A stretch of DNA of 64,000 bases from an uncultured Acidobacteriota bacterium (GTDB taxonomy: Bacteria > Acidobacteriota > UBA6911): contig CAWHCF010000038.1 of the NCBI GenBank assembly GCA_963827655.1, positions 96,001 through 160,000 of the forward strand, given 5' to 3'. This document shows positions 33,002 to 41,885 of this stretch, in pieces. The notes under the pieces are model-generated. The model did no database searches and was not told the DNA's origin. It worked only from the letters and a program-made list of their open reading frames with translations. How positions within the stretch are numbered: the stretch's first letter is position 1; each line of letters opens with the position of its first letter. The translations under genes were made by a program, and so were the position numbers.

Positions 33002-34209
33002 TGCGCGGGGTCAGGGCTCGGGTTGGTTCGCAACCCCCGCACCATGGTCTCCAGTAGAGCGCTCACCTTACCGGGATCACCGCCGGTTGCCAGGGTGAGT
33101 GCTTTCACGTAGTCGGGCTTCACGTCCGGGCATTGCCATTTGCGCTGGCTGTATTCGAGCCAGTCGTCGACTCGCTGGATCGGCTGCAGGTCGTGGACTT
33201 CAGTAAGTGACTGCCAGGAATGCTTCCCGTGCTCCGGTATCTGCTGACCGCCAATGACGATGATCACGCCCGGAGACCGGTCCAGTCGCGGCAGCAACTG
33301 GCTCTCCAGCCATTTCTGAGCGTCCGATGATGCTTGCTCGTAGGTGTCGAAGACCAGCACGAGCGGCGAGGAGAGCTGCTGAAGATCGGAGATCAGAAGA
33401 TAGAATCTGGCCGTGCCACTGGCCGCATGAGCGTGCCGCAGAATTTCCTGGCCGAGATCCAAACGCAACGTTTCGAACAGGTCGTCCAGTAGCGGACAAC
33501 CTTTGAAGTCCAGCAAAACAGTGGGCAGCTTCGAGTGACGGGCGTAAGCGAGCAGTTCGGCGAGGAGAGCAGTCTTGCCGGTGTTGCTGGCGCCGCGCAA
33601 CAGGAGAATGCGATGCGGCGACTGGTTCGTGATCATTTTCTTGAAGAGAGCGAATTCGTCCTTACGGTCAGCGAGCTGCCAGCGGTATTCGACGCTCGGA
33701 CGGCCAGCGGATAACCCGCGGTTGGGGCGGAGGAACTACGATCGGCTCCGAACCGCGCAACCAGGCAAGGAGCTGGGCATAGCCGGCCTCCGCGTTGAAA
33801 AGCGTGGTAGCGTTTGAGCTGGTGCGGGATGTGGTCCTGGTCCGCCAGTTCGAAGAGGATGACCCGGACTCTCTCGTTGAAACCCGGCCTGGTCGAAGAT
33901 AAACTGGCGGATGGCGGCGGCTTCGCAAGCAGCGCCGAGCCCGGTGCCGGGTGCCTGGTTCCCTTCGTAGCGCTGGCTGTAGATTTCTGTGCACGCCACC
34001 AGCACCAGCTCGGCTTCTTTGACCTGGCGCTCGGACCATTGAGGCCAGCCCTCGGGTGGCCCGCCCGGCAGCATGTCGCGGTCGAGGATGACCGTCACGC
34101 CGTCGGTCCGGAGCCGGTCGGCCAGCGCGTGGACCCGCTCTTTGTGCTTTTCGCTATCGTGACTGTAGCTGATGAAAACCCGGCGCACAGCTTGAGTGTC
34201 TGCTATCAC
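32998..34209 (-). CDS. SEFIR/TIR-domain plus STAND-type P-loop NTPase fusion, frameshifts at ~33700-33880
   Basis: RVFISYSHDS..V.ALADRLR.DGV.VILD..GWPQW (SEFIR/TIR). The NTPase frame reads LADRKDEF, Walker A GASNTGKT, Walker B LVFDTYE and GxP motif TGGDP. Confidence 0.78.
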
Positions 34210-34308
34210 TTTTTGTTATTCAAGGCCAAAATCCGGCGGTTGTTTTCATCAATTTGTTGGATCGTGGAGGGCCACGAAGCACGCGGCCGGACTACCAGCC
34301 GACTCGCT

Positions 34309-34773
34309 TCACCCTGGTCCATGAAGGGTCACGAAGGCTCGAAGACTCCAAGGATCGTAGGCCCTCGTGAACAGGAGGGCGAGCGCGAAGTTGATCGCGT
34401 GCCCCGCAAGGCACAAGGGACACGGCGTCTTGATTATGAAGAAAAGCGAGTAGATTAAATAAACCCCCAGCGCTACCGTAAACCACGCTACAACCACGAG
34501 CATACTGAGCAGCACCGGATCAAACAGCAGGTTTGCGAACAGCAGGACAAGAATCAAAAGATAATAAATCACGCCTAGCAGCGAATTGGGCACGCCAAAT
34601 ACCCGCGCGAATCTCGTGTTCAAGACCGACTGGCAGGTGTGTTCTTTCATGCTGCAGAAGGCGGGCATGATCGAGTTTTCAGCCTGAATGACGCCGTAAT
34701 AGACCAGAGTAAAGTAGATCGAGATGTAGAGCCCGGCGGCGGACAGCGCGGCGATCAGGATTTCGGCTTGCAT
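34309..34773 (-). CDS. Vitamin K epoxide reductase (VKOR) family membrane protein
   Basis: C..TCQSVL, FGVPNSLLG and CPLC redox motif. Confidence 0.88.
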   Translation of the reverse strand: MQAEILIAALSAAGLYISIYFTLVYYGVIQAENSIMPAFCSMKEHTCQSVLNTRFARVFGVPNSLLGVIYYLLILVLLFANLLFDPVLLSMLVVVAWFTVALGVYLIYSLFFIIKTPCPLCLAGHAINFALALLFTRAYDPWSLRAFVTLHGPG

Positions 34774-34782
34774 TTCTACTCG

Positions 34783-35710
34783 TCAATCGTCAATCGAATC
34801 GTTCAATGCACGGACGTAGCGCCGTAGCGCGGTTTCGAGATCTTCAAACTTCATGCCGAATGCCTCCTCCGCCGCTCTGGGGTCTACTTTTTCTTGCATG
34901 AGCATGAACTCGACCGCCGCAGGCGACAGGGGCGGCTTGGGCAGCATCGATAACAGGCCTGCAATGAACTTCGCGTGCGCAACGGGAAGGTGGACAAGGA
35001 CGCGCTTCTTGCCCAGGACCTTCTGAATAGTGCGCGCGACCTGGTCTATCGTAAGTTCTTGCGGACCGCCCAGGTCGTAGGTCTGGTTTACTCCTGCTTG
35101 TCTTAGAGCCGCCTGCGCTGCAACTCTTGCGACGTCGAAGACAGAGACCGGCTGCAGTGTGGCCTTACCAGCGCCAATCACGGGAACGAAAGGGAGATGA
35201 CGCGTAAATCCGATCATTCGGTTGAGGCTTCGGTCCTCCGGGCCATAGACGAAGGAGGGACGCAGGATCACGTACTCCATCCCGCTCTCGCGGACCGCAT
35301 TCTCGGCCATCTTGCGGGCAGTGACCCAGGGCCGGTTCTCTCCGGCTGCGCCGCCGGCGCAGGTCACGTAGATAAAGCGCCGGACGCGCGCGTTTTTGCA
35401 AGCCTCGACCATGTTCCTGGTTCCTTTCCCATCCACTTCGAGGTATGTCCAACCCAGGGCGGGGTTTTCTACGGGATGGTTCGGGAACTGGACTGCATGG
35501 ATGACAACATCAACGCCGGCGACCGCTGAAGGAAGAGTGGCGGGCTTGGTAACATTCGCTTGCGTGAACTCCACTCTCTTTCCCCAGCGGTTTGCGGTCT
35601 GGGCCCGCCGCGTCAGAATGCGGATCGAGGTATCGGGATCGAGGGCAAGTAATTCACGGACGACGTGAGTTCCGATAAACCCGGTTCCCTCCCGCTACCA
35701 GTATCTTCAT
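34783..35710 (-). CDS. NAD(P)-binding atypical SDR (NDUFA9-like), frameshift near 35690
   Basis: MKILVAG..GFIG start at 35710, then LRPSFVYG and QPVSVFDVA. Confidence 0.85.
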
Positions 35711-35825
35711 GATGAACGATTGACGAATGTGGCTTGCCAGCCACTCGCGCATGCCTGAAGGCTCAATCGACAGTCGTCAATCTGAGCATGTGCCTACAGT
35801 CAAACAGTACTTTCTGGCAGCGAAT

Positions 35826-35950
35826 GAAAGGGTCGACAGTACGTGCCCCGGCCACGAGGTCGCGGAAACTGGGTCTCACAACACGGGGTCTTGCAGTCCC
35901 CGTCCTCACGGGCGGCGCTATTCTCTGCCGGGCCTTCGGCCCTGGTTAAC
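35826..35950. repeat. REP-like element, family A (degenerate)
   Basis: ACGGGCGGCGCTATTCTCTGCCGGGCCTTCGGCCCTGGTTAAC is close to the reverse complement of 4103-4145. Confidence 0.75.
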
Positions 35951-36032
35951 GGGATCGGACAAGAACTTTCGAGAAGCATCCGCTACTGCCTGAATCGCGC
36001 AGCTTAAGGCGGTCGCCTGGGGACTCGATCGC

Positions 36033-36064
36033 CAATCGTCAATCGTCAATCGACAATCGTCAAT
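36033..36064. repeat. Heptamer tandem repeat (CAATCGT)n, family D
   Basis: caatcgtcaatcgtcaatcgacaatcgtcaat, with a similar run at 34781-34800. Confidence 0.8.
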
Positions 36065-36065
36065 T

Positions 36066-37106
36066 CTACTGAAGTTCCTCCTGGGCTTTGGCGATCACGC
36101 GCTCGATACCTGTGAGCGTGTTCTGGTGCGTGGACCGGTAGAGATTATCCAGGTGTTGCTTGGCGGTTGAGGACAGCCGGGTCTTCAACAGATAAGTCTT
36201 GGCGAAGTTCTTCATCGCAAGGTCCACTTGTCCCTTTTGCCAGTAAGAATGAGCCAGGTGGTAGTAGGCGAGATCGTTCTTGCTATAGTACTTCAGCGTG
36301 TTTTCCAGATTCGTGATTGCCCCTCCATAATCCTGCTGCTCGTACGCGACGTTTCCAATGACGTTGTAGCAGGTGGCATAGGCGTGAGTCGTGTAATCCT
36401 TCCAGAGTTTATCCGTGGCGCCTTCAGGCTTCGCAGTCGATTGCAGGACTTTGATGGTCTGCCGGGCGTATTTCGCGGCCTGAGCGTTCTTCTTTGCTTC
36501 CCCGAATTTCTTGGTTAGTTCGAGCAGGATCTCGTGATTGTCCGGCAACAACGAGACCGTCTTCTCGCCCCACTCGATGAATTTGGCGTCGTTCTTGAGA
36601 TCCTTGTAGGCCTGGGCCAGGTAATAAGCGGTGGTCCCTTCCGGTTTCTTGGCGAAGACCTTTTCTCCGAAGACAACGAACTTTTTCTGATCTTTGGTTT
36701 TCTGATAACCCGCGGCCAGTGCGGAAACGGTGAGTTCGTCGTCGGGCACCAGAGTCAGAAAGCGCTCGCCCGCCGCTACCAGATCGGGCCATTTCTCTTC
36801 GCCCTGCAGCTTTTGCAACATGCCATAGTAGTCGGCCACGACATTCTGGCGCAGAGCCGACTGCGGACGATCCTGGAGGAACTTCGCGATCAGTTCCATC
36901 TTCTTGGCTGGATCGGCTTCCCCGGTAATCGCCTGGAAGGCTTTGTACTCCTCGGCAGTGTATTTGGCCGGTTCCTGTTTTGGGGGCTCTTGTTTCGGCG
37001 GTTCCTGAGCCTGCCCCGGTAAGTTCGCCGATATGGCTAAAATCCCCGAGACGAGGAGCAGGTTAGCCATGTTTCTCAGAAGCAATTGGACTGAACGGGG
37101 ATACAT
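36066..37106 (-). CDS. Secreted helical/TPR-like hypothetical protein
   Basis: Signal peptide, QEPPK linker repeats and TPR-like helices (YYLAQAY, YYHLAHSY). Start MYPR follows an AGGAG RBS. Confidence 0.75.
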   Translation of the reverse strand: MYPRSVQLLLRNMANLLLVSGILAISANLPGQAQEPPKQEPPKQEPAKYTAEEYKAFQAITGEADPAKKMELIAKFLQDRPQSALRQNVVADYYGMLQKLQGEEKWPDLVAAGERFLTLVPDDELTVSALAAGYQKTKDQKKFVVFGEKVFAKKPEGTTAYYLAQAYKDLKNDAKFIEWGEKTVSLLPDNHEILLELTKKFGEAKKNAQAAKYARQTIKVLQSTAKPEGATDKLWKDYTTHAYATCYNVIGNVAYEQQDYGGAITNLENTLKYYSKNDLAYYHLAHSYWQKGQVDLAMKNFAKTYLLKTRLSSTAKQHLDNLYRSTHQNTLTGIERVIAKAQEELQ

Positions 37107-37472
37107 TTTGCTGGCTCCTTCTCTCTTGGAGCGCCGTCCGCTGCGATCCTTCCGCATGCTTCGGAGGACGCTCCTGCGATTTGCGGTGAATTGTCTGACC
37201 ATGGTCAGCGCTGAAAAACCTTATAACCAAATTTTGAAAAGCTGTCTAGTTCAATCGGCTTATTTACTTACCACCAGAGAACCGTCAGGTGCTCCAACGA
37301 AAAGCCAATCGCAACCACTCCCTCACGTGCACGTCAACGTAGACGACGTGGTGTGCACGTGCTCGTGGTCGGCTGTTGGGTTGTTCGAGAAACCACGTCT
37401 GATAACCTATGACAGGGACCGGGCATTCTTTAATCAGCCGGGCTCTCGGGCCTATCCGCTATCCTTCGCAGC

Positions 37473-38501
37473 ATGACCTTCAATAGAGTGACGCTCGAGA
37501 GCGTGGATTTCGAAGACCAGCGCTTCCGGATCAGTGAACAACTCGACTCCGCGCGGCTGCTCGAGTCCGTGCGCCAGATCGGCCAGCTTAGTCCAGTGTG
37601 CCTGCTGGCGCGCAATGAAGCGGGTCTTGCAGTCATCTGCGGCTTTCGAAGGCTGTGGGCTTTGAGGTCCCTGGGACATCCGGACGTCCTGGCTCGAATA
37701 TGGCATGAACGCGAACACACCGATCTGGAATTGTTCCGGATGGCCCTGTGGGAAAACCTGTCGCATCGGGAACTGAGTCCTTTGGAAAAGGCGAGAGTGT
37801 TGGCGTCCTTGAAGAACCATTGCGGTGTCCAACATGACCAGCTCGTGGAGATTTACCTTCCGGTCCTTGACTTGGCCCCTCACAAAAATACACTGCGGGC
37901 CTACCTGGCGCTGCACGATCTCCATCCGCAGCTGCGGGAGATGTTGAACGATGGGCGCATCACCCTGGCCAGCGCAGAACGCCTCGCGCGCGCCCCGCTG
38001 TCGCTTCAGAGCAGAATGAGCTCGGTGCTGGAGCGTGTACGGTGGAGCGCCAGCTTGCAGCGAGAGACACTGGACCTCCTCGAAGAGCTTGCTGCCATCG
38101 CCGAGTCGGATCCCGATGAGATTCTGAGTGGAAAAGAGATAACAGAAACCGTACACGACACGAGCCTCTCGCCATTTCAAAAAGGGGAGCGGATTCACAA
38201 GTTCCTTTATCGAAAGCGAAATCCGAGACTCTCAAAAACAGAGGAACAGTTCCGGGCGCGCGAACAGGAATTGAGTCTGCCGGCGAATATCCGTGTGTCC
38301 CCAACGCCGTTCTTTGAGTCGCCCGAGATACGCGTGGAATTCAGTGTTCGCTCACCGCGGGATTTCAGGGATACGTCGAAGGCTCTGGAGCGCGCGGCGC
38401 AAGCTCCCGCGCTCGAAGCCCTCTTCTCGATTTCGGATTGCGGATTGCAGATTGCGGATTGCGATTCGCTCGCAAAGGAAAAAGGGAGTGCTAAATCCTA
38501 A
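37473..38501 (+). CDS. ParB N-terminal (CTPase-like) domain protein
   Basis: LLESVRQIGQLSPV, ICGFRR (GxRR), ENL..RELSPLEKA and an HTH-like region. Confidence 0.8.
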   Translation: MTFNRVTLESVDFEDQRFRISEQLDSARLLESVRQIGQLSPVCLLARNEAGLAVICGFRRLWALRSLGHPDVLARIWHEREHTDLELFRMALWENLSHRELSPLEKARVLASLKNHCGVQHDQLVEIYLPVLDLAPHKNTLRAYLALHDLHPQLREMLNDGRITLASAERLARAPLSLQSRMSSVLERVRWSASLQRETLDLLEELAAIAESDPDEILSGKEITETVHDTSLSPFQKGERIHKFLYRKRNPRLSKTEEQFRAREQELSLPANIRVSPTPFFESPEIRVEFSVRSPRDFRDTSKALERAAQAPALEALFSISDCGLQIADCDSLAKEKGSAKS

Positions 38502-38597
38502 GCTTCTTTCGATTGCGGACCTTCCGATTGCGGATTGGAATTTAACAATTAGATGAGATTTATTTAAATCCGCAATCCGCAATCCGCAATCTGCAAT
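38429..38597. repeat. Inverted pair of heptamer arrays (GATTGCG)n ... (AATCCGC)n, family D
   Basis: Runs at 38429-38466 and 38511-38537, with a complementary run at 38566-38597 that overlaps the next ATG. Confidence 0.85.
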
Positions 38598-39699
38598 GAT
38601 TATGTACCGGCCCGATCGAATCGTCGTTGAACAGGAAGCGTGGCAGGATTCCAGCACTTCTGAAATTCTGCAGCGGCTGCCAGGAATCCCGGTTACAACC
38701 ATCGAGCGGGTGGATGCCTTACTGCCTGAATTGAACCGCTCCTCGGATCCACACGCGAGCGGGAAACGGTGTTTGATCCTCACCCGGCACCGGGGACGCT
38801 TCATGAAAGACTGTCCCGGCGCCGGCGCCGAAGTCTGCTGCAATTATTTCGTGGTGAATTACGCTTCGAATTGCCATCTGGAGTGCACCTACTGCTTTTT
38901 GCAATCTTACCTGAATAATCCAGCGCTCATGGTCTTCACCAATCTGGACGATTTGCTTTCGGAGGTAGAAACCCGGCTCGGGCAGGCTCCCCAGCGCCTG
39001 TTCCGCATCGGAACAGGCGAAATATCCGATTCGCTGGCGCTCGATGACCTCACTCACTACTCGCGTCGCCTGGTACCCTTCTTCGGAGGGCTTTCGAATG
39101 GCATTCTCGAATTGAAAACAAAATCCGACCGGGTCGCGAACCTGGAGCGCCTCGATCATCGGGGACATACGGTGGTCTCCTGGTCGATCAATTCGAGGCG
39201 CGTTACTCGTGAAGAGGAGCTGAAGACAGCGAGCTTCGATCAACGGTTGGCCGCCGCGCGACAATGTCAGAAGTGGGGTTATAGAATTGGCTTCCATTTC
39301 GACCCGCTTATTCACTATGAAGGTTGGGAGACGGACTACAAGACAGCGGTGGAGGATATCTTTACCGCCGTGGACGCGTCCGGCGTAGCCTGGGTTAGCC
39401 TCGGGAGCCTGCGCTTCACGCCGCATCTCCGGGAAATCGTTCGACGCAGATTTCCCAAGTCCAAGATTCCCTACGGCGAGTTTGTTGCAGGCAACCATCG
39501 AAAGATCCGGTACTTCCGTCCCATCCGTGAGGAAATGTACACCAGGGTGCGAGGCTGGATTCGTGAGGCCGCTCCTCGAGTCTTTGTCTACCTTTGCATG
39601 GAAAACCGCGCCGCCTGGGAGCACAGTGGCGGCGCTGTGCCGCGAGATACCTCTGCGTTGTCCGATCAAATGGATTCCCTGGTCAAGCTCGAGTCTTAG
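38596..39699 (+). CDS. Spore photoproduct lyase-like (SplB family) radical SAM protein
   Basis: CPG...CCNY, CHLECTYCFLQ (CxxxCxxC), RIGTGE.SDSLA, LELKTKS, FHFDP and YLCME. Confidence 0.85.
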   Translation: MIMYRPDRIVVEQEAWQDSSTSEILQRLPGIPVTTIERVDALLPELNRSSDPHASGKRCLILTRHRGRFMKDCPGAGAEVCCNYFVVNYASNCHLECTYCFLQSYLNNPALMVFTNLDDLLSEVETRLGQAPQRLFRIGTGEISDSLALDDLTHYSRRLVPFFGGLSNGILELKTKSDRVANLERLDHRGHTVVSWSINSRRVTREEELKTASFDQRLAAARQCQKWGYRIGFHFDPLIHYEGWETDYKTAVEDIFTAVDASGVAWVSLGSLRFTPHLREIVRRRFPKSKIPYGEFVAGNHRKIRYFRPIREEMYTRVRGWIREAAPRVFVYLCMENRAAWEHSGGAVPRDTSALSDQMDSLVKLES

Positions 39700-39770
39700 T
39701 GTTTCTTCGTGACTTCGTGTCTTCGTGGTTAGAGGAAGACTCAAAGACACGAAGACACACCAAGAATCTT
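39694..39770. repeat. Family C 'ACGAAGAC' palindromic repeat
   Basis: tcttagtgtttcttcgtgacttcgtgtcttcgtgg ... gactcaaagacacgaagacacaccaag. Confidence 0.75.
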
Positions 39771-39905
39771 CTTTCAATACGAAGACGCAAAGAATTGCTT
39801 TTTAGCCTTTAACATAGATAGACTCCCCTGCGAACAAAGGGTCTCGTGATCCTTTGCGCCTTTGCGGTGAGCACGCTAGACCTCGACCTCTTCGGGTATG
39901 TCCGG

Positions 39906-41432
39906 GTGAAATACGGCTTTGTGATTGATAACCGGCGGTGCATCGGATGCCATGCATGCACGGTTGCCTGCAAAGCCGAACATGAGGTGCCGCTCGGGAA
40001 ATTTCGCACTTGGGTCAAGAACGTAGAGAAGGGATCTTTCCCCGACGTGCGGCGTTACTTCACGGTCTTGCGCTGCAACCATTGCGACAACGCCCCCTGT
40101 GTCACGATCTGCCCGACGCGCGCGCTTTTCACCCGTCCCGACCGGATCGTAGATTTCGATAACGAACAATGTATTGCCTGCAGGTCCTGCATGGCCGCCT
40201 GCCCGTACGATGCCATCTACATCGATCCCCATACGGAGACTGCTGCCAAATGCAACTATTGCGCTCACAAGGTGGAGAGAGGATTGGAGCCGGCGTGCGT
40301 GACGGTTTGTCCGGAAGAGGCCATTGTTGCCGGAGACCTCGATGATCCGCTGAGCAGGATATCGCGTCTGATCGCTACCCAGCAGGTCACCGTGCGCAAG
40401 CCTGAAAAAGGAGCCTTGCCGAAGCTCTATTACATCGATGGCGACATGACTTCGCTCACTCCGGGCGCGGCTCCCAAGAGCGCCAGCTACATGTGTGCCG
40501 AGCGGCCGCCGGAGGAGGTAGACGCCGACTTCCGGATTCTGTCCGACACAGATCGCGCGCAAACCACGTATGACGTCGCGCACGAGAAGGCTTGGGGATT
40601 TCTCATACCCCTCTACCTGTGGACCAAATCGCTGGCGGCCGGGCCGATTCTTGTAGCGGCTCTGTTGATGCTCATGGGCTATGCCCGGGCGCCGGTGCTG
40701 TTTGGCCGCGTGGCTCCGCTGATGGCGCTGGTCCTTACCTTCATTACAACCCTTCTTCTGATCGGAGACCTCGAAAGGCCGGAGCGCTTTCTCAAGGTTT
40801 TGTTCCACCCCAATCTGCGCTCCTGGCTGGTGTGGGGCGCATACATTTTGATTCTCTTCTCCGGCATCGGGATGTTATGGCTGTTCGCCGGTTTCGTCGG
40901 CTCAGGGCCGCTTCTGGGTTTGCTTCTCTGGCCGGCTCTGATTCTTGCGGCCATGACTGCCGGGTACTCGGCTTTCCTCCTGGCTCAGGCCAAGGCGCGC
41001 GACCTGTGGCAGTCCCGGCTGCTCTTTCCCCACTTGATTGTTCAAGCTTTCCTCGCCGGATCCGCCGCGCTGGCGCTGGCATCGTTCTATTTTGAATCGG
41101 GGCGCTTCCTCACCGATCTGTTGCTCCGCTGCCTGTTGGTTGGGCTTTGCGTGCATGGCGTCCTCCTGCTGAGTGAGATCGCTCTACCTCACGGCAACCA
41201 GGACGCGGCGGGAGCCGTACAATACATGCTTCAGGGTCCTCTGGCCCGCCTGTTCTGGTTTGCGGCGGTATTCAGCGGAGTCGCAATACCGATTCACCTG
41301 CTGGCCTTCTATTTCGCGGACCCCTCCTCCGGCTTCGCCTTTCCCATGCTGGCTTCCGCGCTGTCCCTGATCGGGCTTCTGGCCTTCGAGGACTGCTTTA
41401 TTCGCGCCGGTCAGGCGATGCCGTTGACTTAG
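39906..41432 (+). CDS. 4Fe-4S dicluster (DmsB/NrfC-like) fused to NrfD/PsrC membrane anchor
   Basis: CIGCHAC..C, CNHCDNAPC..CP, CIACRSC..CP and KCNYC..PAC..CP, followed by DLERPERF and about 8 TM helices. GTG start. Confidence 0.92.
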   Translation: MKYGFVIDNRRCIGCHACTVACKAEHEVPLGKFRTWVKNVEKGSFPDVRRYFTVLRCNHCDNAPCVTICPTRALFTRPDRIVDFDNEQCIACRSCMAACPYDAIYIDPHTETAAKCNYCAHKVERGLEPACVTVCPEEAIVAGDLDDPLSRISRLIATQQVTVRKPEKGALPKLYYIDGDMTSLTPGAAPKSASYMCAERPPEEVDADFRILSDTDRAQTTYDVAHEKAWGFLIPLYLWTKSLAAGPILVAALLMLMGYARAPVLFGRVAPLMALVLTFITTLLLIGDLERPERFLKVLFHPNLRSWLVWGAYILILFSGIGMLWLFAGFVGSGPLLGLLLWPALILAAMTAGYSAFLLAQAKARDLWQSRLLFPHLIVQAFLAGSAALALASFYFESGRFLTDLLLRCLLVGLCVHGVLLLSEIALPHGNQDAAGAVQYMLQGPLARLFWFAAVFSGVAIPIHLLAFYFADPSSGFAFPMLASALSLIGLLAFEDCFIRAGQAMPLT

Positions 41433-41592
41433 TGCGCGGTTTCATGAATACGGTGTCTTTATTTCCGGTGGCTCTTTCGGTGTCTGACCGTAGTCGAACC
41501 AGGCGAAGCAAGCTTCGCCCAACTAAGTTGGCTGGGGGCAAAATTACGGTAACGTATTTGGGGCGAGCGGTAGGAGTTGACTCTGTTGTCGC

Positions 41593-41853
41593 CAGGGCCG
41601 AAGGACCGGCAGTGAGTAGCCCCGCCCGTCAAAACTCAGATTCCCCTGGTAGGTGGCTCAGAGATTCTTCCGAGCGCCCTGTGGCGACGGTCCATCAGGC
41701 CCGTCGCAAACAACATAATCGAGATGACTCAGCCTCAAAAAGTTCATTTGTGCCGCCACTAGCCGACGGGCTTGATAGGCCGTCCGCACTTATTGGCAGG
41801 TTTTGAGACAATCTCTTAGGGCCGGGCCTTCTCTCTGTCGGCCTTTCAGGCCT
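41593..41853. repeat. Family A REP-like element interrupted by a ~190-bp structured insert
   Basis: Left arm CAGGGCCGAAGGACCGGCAGTGAGTAGCCCCGCCCGT, right arm CTGTCGGCCTTTCAGGCCT, insert at 41630-41815. Confidence 0.65.
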
Positions 41854-41885
41854 CAACTGCTCCCAAACGTTATAAAGATACCTCT

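Noticed and set aside
37473-38501. Chromosome-partitioning parB or an origin region
   Set aside because: No parA, dnaA or gidA neighbours and no canonical parS (TGTTTCACGTGAAACA) was seen.
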